Origin: a virus
DNA length: 64,000 nucleotides
Direction: 5' to 3' (one strand)
IMG/VR virus record: IMGVR_UViG_3300027772_000010
Coordinates: 35,834 to 99,833 of that record
This document shows, in pieces, positions 37,301 to 46,700 of this stretch (its first letter is position 1; the number at the start of each line of letters is the position of its first letter). Position numbers and translations under genes: made by a program. The notes beneath the pieces are model-generated. The model was given only the letters and a program-made list of their open reading frames with translations, did no database searches and was not told where the DNA came from.

Positions 37301-40210
37301 TAAAGCTTCAGGATATTTTGTTAAAAATTTATTTTTAGTTTCTTCTCTAGAAAAAAGACTAACCCAGTCTATATCATGTAATAAATTTTCATTAGGTCTT
37401 TGAATAGTACCTTGTTCTCCTAAAGAAGTTGATCCTGTTAAAATAAAACCTATATTAGACAATACATTAATAATAGATTCTCCAAACTTATCAGATTGCA
37501 TAGCCTCCTCTAGAGAAACTTGCTTAGTTGGTTTACCAAATGCACCTGGTTTATATAGAGACGAGGTGATTAACTTTTTGTTTTGCTGTAGAATATTGTT
37601 AGAAATAATACCTACATTTTTATTAATTTTATTTATTTCTGTATTAGTTAAATAAGTAAAAAACTGTTTTATTAAGTCTTTAATTTTATCTACTAATAAT
37701 TTAGAATAATTACCTTCTAATTTATTTTGTAAATCTTCTGAAATTAATTGACCTATATATTTAAAATATTCATCTTTTTTTAATTTATTATAATTATATA
37801 CCCAATTACCTTCTATATCTTTAGTTCCAAAACCTTTTGGTAATAAAAAAGCTTCAGTTTGAATTAAATCATTAATAATAGATTTAACTAAAGGATTGTA
37901 TTGCATCATAAATGCAATAAACTCTCCTGCTATAAGAGGTAAATCTTTTTTATCTTTAACATAAGCTATTTTAGACAATATATCTGCAAAACCTACTTCA
38001 TCTATTTTTAATTTATTTTTAATTTCATTAATATCTTTTACTGCAATTCCAAATTGATTTAAATAAATTTCTAAAATATTAGATAAATCTGTACTTGCTT
38101 TTTGTATTAAAGCCCCATTAACTTCTACAGGTATATAACCTAAAAATAAACTATTATTATATTCTTCAAACTCTTTACTAGTTACTTCATTTAAAGGTTT
38201 TCCAAAAATTTTATCACTTATAATAGGTTTAGATACTGCAGTATATTTAAGCATATCTTCTCCCTTAAAATTATAATTAAAAGCATTATTAGAAATAGTA
38301 TAACCACTTCTTTCATATTTTTTAACAACATCTTCTGGTACAAAAGATATAAAATCTATACCTTGATTTACAAGGTTAGGCAAAGCTTCTGCTAATAATT
38401 CTTTACTACTAGGAGAACTATTTACTCTAGTTACAAATACTGCTTTTTCAGAATCATAAGTTCCAAAAATATAAGTATTTTTATAATTAAATACTTGGTA
38501 TTGAGTTATTAAATTTTTAAATACTTCTTTAGGTATTTCTTTACCAGGTCTTGCAATACTAATTAAATTAACATAATTATTATATATTTCATTTATTTTT
38601 TCATCAGATATATTTGGAATTAATTCAGAAATTGTAGAAAAAATTTTAGCAGAACCAGTAACAATATTTTCTTGAAAAGTATCTTCAGGAAGTTCAGTTG
38701 TGTATTCTGAATAATCATCAATATAATAATTATCTATATCATCTTGTAAATTTTCAAAATTATCAATTCCTTGTAAAAAATCTTCTAATTTTTTTTGATC
38801 TTCAATAATATTAGTAGCAACTGCAAATGCTTCAGAATAAATAGAATTATTTTTATTTATTTTAAATAAAGATAAAAGAAAATTAAATATTTCTTCCATT
38901 TTATTATTAAATTTAGTAGGTTCAGATGCAGGGATTTCTTTTAATACAGAAATAAATTTTGCATCTGTAAATAATGCTACTATAAACTCTTCTAAATTTT
39001 TTACTGCATAAAAATTATTTCTACCCAACTCTTCTGAAGTTTTACCTTCAATATATTCTCCTACATTTTGTATAGTTTCTTTATAATACTTATTAAATTC
39101 TTTATATAATTCACTTTCTTCATTTACTTCTCTTAACCATTTAGCAGATAAAGAATGTAAAATTTCATGTATAATTGTAGGCTCAACCCCCATTCCTCTA
39201 AATCTTACAAACTCATTAATTTGAATTTCTTCAGTAAATAAGTCTATTTGTTTATAAAGTCCTGCTGAATTTTTTTCTTTATTTGTTTGAGGATCAATTA
39301 CTATAATTTCAGGAACTAATTTAACACTAACTCTTTTTGTATATTTAATTAAATGTTTAGCTAATTGATTTAAAGGATGACTAGAATTTGCAATTTTAGT
39401 TAATATTTCTTTATCAGTAGTAGTTTCTCCTTCAGCAAAATACTTTGTTCTAATATTTTTATCTAGTTCTCCCCTTTTAAGTACAGGAGTTTCAATTAAA
39501 GTTTCAGTAGGAGTCTCAACTAATGTTTCAGTTGGGGTTTCATATTGTGATAATAAATCAGGCCCTGGAGCTACTTTAAAAGTTATATATGTAGTATCAT
39601 AATTAGGAGTTACAATTACTCCTGGATAATCAGTTTCTATTTTATCCTTAACTGAGTTAACTATATTTGTAGCTGCTACTTTAGTATTTTTTTTACCTTT
39701 TATTTTATCACTTTGATAATTTAATCTATAAGATCCAGGAATTAAATTTTGATCCTTATCTACATTCTGAACATAAGTAGGTTTGCCAGTAAGATATTCA
39801 TCATGAATTTTTTGTAAAATACTATTTTTAACACTTAAACCTTCATTTAAATATTTTGTAATATCAGGTTTGGATAAGTTTAATTTTGTTAAATTTTCAG
39901 CATTAATACTTGTTTCTTGCCCAAATAAAGGACTTACATTAACCATAACTAAATCTGAATTACTAATTTTTACTACAGGTTCAGGTAGTTCATTATTAAT
40001 ATCTTCAATAAGTTTGAGTTGTTTATTCCTTTTTTGAGTTTTTAAAGGACTTAAATAATACCTTGGGGTAACTTCAACAACTTTTTTAAACAATAAAGAA
40101 TCGGTTATTTGTTTCCAAATATTTAAAGCTAAATTATTGAAATAATCTGCTTTTTCAGGGTCAGTTAATCTAAATTTGTCTTCAATATAACCAAAAGTAC
40201 ACTTATCCAT
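31343..40210 (-). CDS. Giant virion cargo / polyvalent protein (zincin HExxH, nucleotidyltransferase-like and GNAT-like segments)
   Basis: 2955 aa; IIHEILH, LTGSTSL..HDIDW and KYERSGY motifs, hydrophobic segments; downstream of the RNAP gene. Confidence 0.7.
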   Translation of the reverse strand: MDKCTFGYIEDKFRLTDPEKADYFNNLALNIWKQITDSLLFKKVVEVTPRYYLSPLKTQKRNKQLKLIEDINNELPEPVVKISNSDLVMVNVSPLFGQETSINAENLTKLNLSKPDITKYLNEGLSVKNSILQKIHDEYLTGKPTYVQNVDKDQNLIPGSYRLNYQSDKIKGKKNTKVAATNIVNSVKDKIETDYPGVIVTPNYDTTYITFKVAPGPDLLSQYETPTETLVETPTETLIETPVLKRGELDKNIRTKYFAEGETTTDKEILTKIANSSHPLNQLAKHLIKYTKRVSVKLVPEIIVIDPQTNKEKNSAGLYKQIDLFTEEIQINEFVRFRGMGVEPTIIHEILHSLSAKWLREVNEESELYKEFNKYYKETIQNVGEYIEGKTSEELGRNNFYAVKNLEEFIVALFTDAKFISVLKEIPASEPTKFNNKMEEIFNFLLSLFKINKNNSIYSEAFAVATNIIEDQKKLEDFLQGIDNFENLQDDIDNYYIDDYSEYTTELPEDTFQENIVTGSAKIFSTISELIPNISDEKINEIYNNYVNLISIARPGKEIPKEVFKNLITQYQVFNYKNTYIFGTYDSEKAVFVTRVNSSPSSKELLAEALPNLVNQGIDFISFVPEDVVKKYERSGYTISNNAFNYNFKGEDMLKYTAVSKPIISDKIFGKPLNEVTSKEFEEYNNSLFLGYIPVEVNGALIQKASTDLSNILEIYLNQFGIAVKDINEIKNKLKIDEVGFADILSKIAYVKDKKDLPLIAGEFIAFMMQYNPLVKSIINDLIQTEAFLLPKGFGTKDIEGNWVYNYNKLKKDEYFKYIGQLISEDLQNKLEGNYSKLLVDKIKDLIKQFFTYLTNTEINKINKNVGIISNNILQQNKKLITSSLYKPGAFGKPTKQVSLEEAMQSDKFGESIINVLSNIGFILTGSTSLGEQGTIQRPNENLLHDIDWVSLFSREETKNKFLTKYPEALKIRDIYGEEYITDTWLIVPEGFKISNLVIESNFNIITSYNVVDKNNNIVGTYNLKKQPNSNQKEEIITGVQGKVIDFFTYESYNQKDPLIKNNVRISNWKDIFKAKIEFARYKDIWDYNRFIPYENLPFLTIKPDLIPNSIEEQFNEFESLRNKDAETTEEFDKQILYSLILPNVSKDKFFEIFSQNNPEEFNKYRQKEVKRIINNFAEKFGITIEQINQYQDRYVLANNKTLSYNGVANLANKTIKYLEGDEAALTEEVAHFMVAMLPKTSPEYVNLKNYISRTPEYQLYYESYLEVYNGDVDKTEEEIMGKVVANSLLGVTENVPLSLKSLITSILNYINNFFNPEYRKAFQRSVDNINHLFFTENFDTNFSEANITFDELYSLKFTTSNDEKVFNSSTDEILSNILQNLKNQRQRFIENKQTDLIKSIDTLIDIITEKDSNIDNSDRIINYIQMSLLEIQKVEQSLNNFEKSGILEDLEKKNFNNLTKEQQETQTQEDRANHLQYVAAAITTLQNLNSLITLIEWNFKGFNNTFQSLSDYNKIIDTLPDSNENKIFSEALKLTKATYRDAKLGTIKGVYQDLSQKLLDVTFKTLNTQDQKNFLELTQTNLTPNVKKQEDVNNDMSPLGTVKDLITGEFNISSFKENIMPLTFQKDVYLRSVDNANAVLRQFALMASAKDVHEYNLFQEKLNQLGEFNETWVSAKDEKGKLTFKLLQKYNFKVFRKTLSQKIVKDNLATIINQNVILEEVENKDPKILKSIINKKYNSPNAIKDNITQLYINKKISKSLFLFLNNYINGYETLYTLKLSEQNNLLSNNNQNILQKYKNDYIFQLENNLANLNFNKKSLPYFNNKFAFTENTISASQLASVVQNIIDNKKAALIDKFVVVPKTINGFENPVYTNQMAYVEGLMNYFKNNIGYLQDIEGEIKIDNINFLMLGDEYFFNLSDKKSLAGINFVDNDYINLEKLVQSNNPKEREIATLKLTVIEKIKQDNLKHNMPSNDLGGVLINNSAAFLSNSKEYREFYNRIFRMAFPISLTLAASVNPLASVMVYLTYIGALDTLIYKPFSFLINDTESNLLKRAYNAWKLSLSEFFNRDLREKNIENNAELEKEVAKGYKKIISNLIEYIKNNLNKNRINDNILLLGEYKIPKPFEVERNNRLLLSTDFLSNQKSITQARYNYETNIRWESWIRMTADYNETRAGVTNSNIIDTIKDRYWFNKFFKPTKSLSALRFTLGIISSKLLKGVIQSGIINLTIGQFGVFLHTNPSTFAKSVINMFAHNAEMLYMGTNLNNVVNSFIGNFGNPANPNTRLSFFDALKNMFTGRDTNVAKYNNNLIKHISRNLRKNRGTGFTEFDESESILTREFSLTNTQMLSNIGEKFIEENTIFQYLNSNPIIDENGKPIKNLKKYLKIENGLIVLDRTKLPKNLYLKNTTNLAYKNYYNLDIDSNVNIEKASPKNLGINPLTNVELNEFLNITMSNDISNLMEKAQGVYNIFNKAYWRNTGIGLILFQFKDYILSSLTTTIGSRKIKNNFTSYETGILNSLTKAFDRMAISGYRFIDKDAKFNKDVDQNLLILNNVSKIQFFRELNFLRNRLVSFLTQSEGKINKKLKELANDNEKFRKDTNRKTSSNILLNLPINWYLTNIKDKPIDNVNFKISGEFNLDTNNPNFNKQLNYIKSLIDKKFKTKENFTQADLDMLTKFDIDQNYLNIVQGYLKLKLSLTADVESINKLLNFGVLNLGLILLLGFLKSLEWPEEEEDEEGKKILNLKDWGLATGEYSLASFLLNYVPFDIDDAYGIDYKKFTVEAYKFSPFLSQIKEILGTIDIGYEEEMFENITEEKKEFLLTVLEMNNAEELPLLKPKLIKNEETEEFELIYGSTLLKNKLIGLGINKEILNSFSSFAEDKEKLKERKSKKFIELLSKKAIDNRSYKFGDRDPNKSEEDKEEQQEIQEAYLEDKEALQQAYKQLSEEMKNKNK
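39485..39545 (-). repeat. 24-nt tandem repeat (ETPTETLV/I)
   Basis: YETPTETLVETPTETLIETP linker. Confidence 0.7.
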
Positions 40211-40253
40211 GTAATTAATTTAAGTAATAAAAGGTAAATATAAGGAAAAATTA

Positions 40254-40742
40254 TTAATTTTCTAAGATATTTTCCTTAATATATAGTTCAATAATAAGTT
40301 TGTCAGAACTTAGTTTAAGAATGTTTAATAAATCATAAACACTATTTAACTCTTCAACTTGTTCTTCATTAAATTTATTAGCTAGTGTTAATAAATTATA
40401 ATCTCCTTCATCTAAAGCATGTTTAGCTAAAGCTCTACATTGCATAGTAGTCTCAGTTTCAATCTCTAATGTTTTATTTACTATTTCTTCAAAAGATTCA
40501 AACATATTTGGAGGTTCTGGAATACTATCTAACTCAGGCATTACATTAAAAGATAATAAATAATCTTTAGCCCAAGAAGCATGGTTTAACTCATCTTCAT
40601 AGTTTTTCTTCCAAAGTTGTGCAGCATTAAAGTAAGCTTTATCTTTAAGCCATAAATACATTTGCTCGTATTCTTTAGAAGTTTTTTGTTCTTGATTAAT
40701 TCTATAGTTTAATAGTTCTATAGTTTTTGGTGTTATTAACAT
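40254..40742 (-). CDS. Ferritin
   Basis: INQE....EY, EDELNHA, EIE and EEQVEE ferroxidase-centre pattern; 162 aa. Confidence 0.8.
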   Translation of the reverse strand: MLITPKTIELLNYRINQEQKTSKEYEQMYLWLKDKAYFNAAQLWKKNYEDELNHASWAKDYLLSFNVMPELDSIPEPPNMFESFEEIVNKTLEIETETTMQCRALAKHALDEGDYNLLTLANKFNEEQVEELNSVYDLLNILKLSSDKLIIELYIKENILEN

Positions 40743-40771
40743 ATTTATAAATTTTTATGGTTTAATTAATT

Positions 40772-43700
40772 TTAATCTACGCAAGGAGGTACTGAACTAA
40801 AATCTTCTTCAGTAGGTTGAGTAGATGGTTGAGTAATGGGTTCAATTTCAGTAGCAATATTTGAAGTAAGCTCTAAATTTGCAAGATTTGCATTACTACT
40901 TTCTATATTAGAACGAGTAATACCTAAATTACTTATAACTTCTTCTAAAGAATTAAATGCAATAGGATTTATTTTTCCATTAAATTCATTTGATAATAAA
41001 TTACCTCCAATAATTCCTACATTTTTATATAATAAATTCTCACCTTCAAAAGCTTGTCTATCATTTCTTACTTTATTTAAACTACCTACTAATTTAAATA
41101 ATTTTTTAGATCCTTTATCATTAAAAGTAATATAAGCAGAACTTAAAAAGTTATCTAATTTTACTAATTTTTTAGCATCCTCTGTAGGCAAAATAATAGA
41201 TTTATCTACAACATAAACATCTACATAATCATTATTTATTGTTATAGGAGTACTATTAACAAATACATTTTTAATTAATTTTTTAGTATTATTATCTAAT
41301 AAATAAGTATCTTCTAAATTTTTAGTATATTTATTAAATATTTCTGGATTATTTAAAATAATAAAATCACTATAAGCATTTAATATATTTAAATTATCTT
41401 TAATTATTTCAGAATTTACAATTGAATTATTTAATAAATAAGAATAAGGTTTATCAATATATAATAAAAAGTTTTGTAAAATAATATTATCTAAAAATAA
41501 TAAATCAAATACATTACTTCTTCCTTTATTATTTTTTCCACTAAATAATCCTGATTGAACCATATTAATAAAAAATAACTTTTGAGTAATTTCTTGTGCA
41601 CTAAATACATTATCTTTAGTAATAATATCTTGATTACCTCCGTAATATAAAGTTTTATTATCTATTGACATTATATCAATAATATTTTTAGGATTTAAAG
41701 AACTATTAAAAGACTCTGATTGGCCTAAAAATTGTATATCAAAAGGATAAAGTTGTTTTAAAGTTGCTATATCTTCTATATTTTTTTCAAAGAAAGGATT
41801 ATTATCTACAAATCTAATAATAAAATTTAAAATATTTAAATTTAAATTTTGCACATCTGATTTTACATAATTATCTCCAGTTTTTTCTATTATAGTATTT
41901 TGTCCAAAAATTAATTTTAAGTCAGAAACTTCTTTAAAATATGCTTTTTTAAGATTTTCTGCAGAACCAAACTCTGCTAATAAATTTAAATATAAATTAG
42001 AACTTAAATTAGCATTAAATAAATATCCTAAATATTTTATATTATTAAGTTCTTTAAAATATTGTTTAAAGAAATTAAAATTTGGATCTTTTAAATTAAT
42101 ATTAAACTTAATATATATATTTTCTATAATTTCAACTAACTTTTGAAGTTTATAATATATAAAACTATTTGATAAATTAATATTAAATTTATTTGATAAA
42201 GTAGAATTTAATAATTGTTTTATTTTATCATAAGAAAAAATTAAACTAGCAAAGTTTTTACCTAACCCTTTTTGATAATAATTAATAGTGTTTATAATAT
42301 CAGATAACTCATTAGCTAATTCTAGCATTTCATGTAAAAAATAAACTATTTCTTCTTCTGAAATATCAGAAGATAATATGTCTGATACTAAATTACCTGG
42401 TTTAAATTTTTTATTTAATAATTCTAAATTAATGTTTATTTTTTCATCTTTATCTAAAAATATAAATTTACTAGGATTTTCTTTTAAATTATATAAATTA
42501 TATTTAAATATATTATTTTTATATCTATTAATATCATCTGATTCAATAGATTCTTTAATAATTTTATCTACTAGAGGATAATCTGTAAATATTCTATCAA
42601 CAATGTTTTCATCTAAACCTGTAATATATAATAAAGATCTTAATCCTACTAATTGTTTTTGCAAATTTAAAGGAACAGATAAATCTTTCTTAATATTATC
42701 TACTGCTTGTGCTAATAACTCAGCAATAGCCATATTTGGCTTTAACCCAGATTTAGTTACATAATTATTTAAACCTTTAAATATATTAAATTGTTCAGTA
42801 TCTTTTTGATTTTTACTTAATAAATTAATTGATTTAACATTAAATCCTACTGTACTTTCAATTCCAAAATTCTTTAAAAATTGATTTAAAGCTACAAATT
42901 GGTTATAAATAGCTGCAGGTCCAATATTTTGTGCACCTGACATAATATCTCTAAAAGTATTTAAAGAGTTAACTAAATTAGCATCTCTATAAGGATTTTG
43001 AGCTCTTAATAATTTATCTTTTTTACTTTCTTTAGAAGTATTTCTATTTTCTAAATCAGTATTTATATCTTCTAATCTTTGAAATCCATTTCCTGTAATA
43101 TATTCATTTACACTTTTTTCATTAGTAACAACCCCTTTAATAATATCTAAATAAAGATTTTGATATTGACTAGTACTAAGTTGTGCTGCAACATTTAAAT
43201 TTTTCCAAGAATCTTTATAAATAGCATAAATATCATTTATTTGTTTATTTATTTCTTTTACAGAATTTTTTAAACTTTCATTTTCTTCTATTTTAATAGA
43301 GTCATAAAAAGTATTAAGAGTTTCTTTAATTTCTAAATATCTTGGATAATTTTTTAATTGTCTTGAAAGTGCTGTAGATAATTGTTTTCCAGAAAGATCA
43401 TATTCTTCTATTAAATCTTTTTCTAAATCAGAAATTATTTTATTTTTTTCTTCTTTTAATTTTTTAATATCAGATCTTTCTTTAAATAAATCTGGATTTT
43501 TTTCAATTAAATTACTTTTTTCTAAAAATAAATCATTTAAAGTTAATTGGTCAATATCAGTAATATTTTCTTTAATCCATTCTTTAAAATTAATATTACT
43601 ATCTTTTTCTAAAGAATAAGAAATAGGAATTAATTTATTATCTTTTGAATAATAATTTTTTACAATACCAAATAGTTTATCAATATCCATATCAAAACCT

Positions 43701-46700
43701 GCAATATTGGTAGAACCATCAGGCATATAAATAATTGGGCCAGAAGAAGGATGTAATAATTTTTTAATTCTTACTGCAAATATAGAGTACATTGCTTCTG
43801 TTGGTATTCTATACACAACAAATTCTCTTAATTCTTCTGGAATTAAATTTACATCTAACTCTCCTGTTTCAGAATTTAATGCTGCTTTAAACATGTTTTC
43901 ACTAAATGCAGGTACTGCTACTTCAAATATTAATTTTTTAATAGTTTTACCATTTGCATCTATAACATCTTCTACTAATATATTTAAACTTTTATCATTA
44001 GCAACAACTCCATTAAAAAATTGAATACCATTAATTTTTGTTTTAACTACATTTTGTTTTATTAAAGATTGTATTTTTGAAACTAAAGCTAATCCAAACT
44101 GAGTATTATTTAATAAATCGGGTAATTTTTCTGGGGTTAAAGTTTCTAAATTTAAATATTCTCTATCATTATATAATGAAGCAACTAAATCATAAATTCT
44201 ATCTTCTTTAAAAAATTCATTATATAAATCATTTTCTCCTTTGTCTACATAATTAACTCTTAATTGATTTAATAAATTTGTTAATTCAAGCCCATTAAAT
44301 GTTTTATTATTAATTACAAATTCAGAGTCTGCATCTATACCATTACTTATAAGTCCTTCAATTTGTGTGCCTATATCTGCTTGACCTTCTAAATGTTCTG
44401 GAGTTTCTACTTGTAATCTATCTTCAGTAATAGGAATATCTATAACATAATTTTCTTCAAAATTTTGTTCAGGTTTCCAATTATTTACATCTTCTAAACT
44501 TTTAATATTTTTATTTTCTATTTCTTTTAATAAATCAAATACAACAATATCTCCATTTTGGTTTACAGGCATTTCAGCTTTAACAGCACTCTCATAAACA
44601 ATTTTATCTATTATTGCATTATTTGGATTATAAGTCCATGATTTATTTTTTTCATTAAAAGTATAACCAAACATTTTTCCAATCATAGCTTGGTATAAAT
44701 TAGGCTCTTCTCCTAAAAATACTCTTTGTGCAGTAAAATTATCTGTAGATGTTTTTTCCATGTAAGGAAGTAATATATCAGAATTTTTACTTTTAGTTTT
44801 AGTATATACTATATTTTTAATAACTTTAAAGTTATTTTCTGTAAACTTATTTAAATAATTACCATTTAATTCTGCATTATAAGCTTCTTCTTGGTTATCA
44901 GAATACATATTTAATCCTACATGATATTTTTTAGAAAAATCTAAAGAGGATACAGATGAAGCATCAGTAGTATTACTTTTTTTAGTAGGCAAGAATTTAA
45001 TTTCTTTTTCTAAATTAGAATATCTAGTTAAAATTTTATTATAATCTTCTTGAATTAAAGCAACTTCTTCTAAATTATTTTCTAATTTTAAAGTATTTAT
45101 TTTTTCTAACAAAGGAGCTGCTTCAATATTAAATTCTTCTTTTATTTTATCTAATTTAGCACTGTTTAAAGAATAGACAGGTGTACCATCTAATAAAGTA
45201 TAATTTGAAAACAAATTAGCCATTTTTTTAAGAATATCTTCATTAGAAAACTTTTCTTCTTTTAATCTTTGAAGAAAAAAATCTTCAGCTATTTTATTTA
45301 CTACGGGATTTTCTATGTCTTTTAAAATAATTCTTTTACCACTATTTTTAGTTATAATTTGTTTATTTTTATAAGTAGCATTTAAATTTACTTTTTTAGA
45401 ATTTGCAGCAATAGCTTTAACTCTTTTTTGCTCATCATTCTCTTTAAAGAAACCTGAATGACCTACTGAAAGTAATTTAACTTGTGTATTTAAAACATAG
45501 TGTTTTACAGCAACTTCTTTAATATTATTTTTTAATTGCTCTACTCCTGCTTTAGTTTTTAAATAAATTGTTTTATCTAATAAATTACTATTAATATAAT
45601 ATCCTTCTAAATCATCATTATAAGTAATTAATTTAGTATCAATAAATTTTTGATATAAATCATTTCCTAATTTAGTTTGGTATTTATTAATAATATCTAT
45701 AAGTTGTTTTTCAGCAGTTTGTTTATTTTCAGTATCTCCATTAACATAAGTATTATAAATTTCTAATACTTCTTCATTATCTGCAATTTCATAAAATGCA
45801 GGATTAAATAAAATTAATTTTTGCTTAGCAATAGCTTTATCAATATTTTTTCCAATATTAATACCATTATTAATTTGCTCATTTAATTCATTATCTATTT
45901 TTAAATAACTAATAAAATATTTAAAATATGAAATAGGATCTTGTCTAAAATTTAATTGATTTAAAGCTCCTTGATTAAGACTGTAATTATCAATTAAATA
46001 AATATTAGATTTATCTGATAAAATTGGAGTAGGGATACTACCAGAACTTATAACATTAAATAAATTAGCTAATAACTCTGCTTGTGTAAAATCAGAATAT
46101 TCTTCTTTAATATTTTCATCAAGTTTATGTCCAATAAATATAGATAAACTTAAAGGATTACTAGCATTTTTTACATAGTCTGCCCATAATGACATACTAA
46201 TAATATCTCCATTAAACTTTTTGTAAAAATCTGTATCTTCATAAGCTACTCCATTTTTAATAGCAGCAATGCTAGAATTAATAATACTTAATTCTTCACT
46301 TAATTCTGAAGGACTAAGTACTGGAAATAATGTATCATTATTAATATTATAAACTTTATTAATTATACTTGAGTTTAATATATTATCACCATTAATAATA
46401 CCTTCTAAAACAGTTAAAAAGTTTATCCCATTTTTTAAATCTGTTTGTTTAATTTTATTAAAAACTTGTTCTTTAATATTTTTTTGAGTTGTTGTAAGAC
46501 TCGGCGATAATAAAGTTGCAATAATTTCAGCTAATTGAGCTACACTTTGATTAGGAGCTAATATTAATTCATTTTTAGTATTAAAATTATTTTGTAATTC
46601 GCTACTATTTAAAAGATTATTAAATATATCTTCTCGTACTCTATTTAAACCTGCATTTACATAATCAACTTTATTTTGAATTTTTAAACTTTTTACTTCT

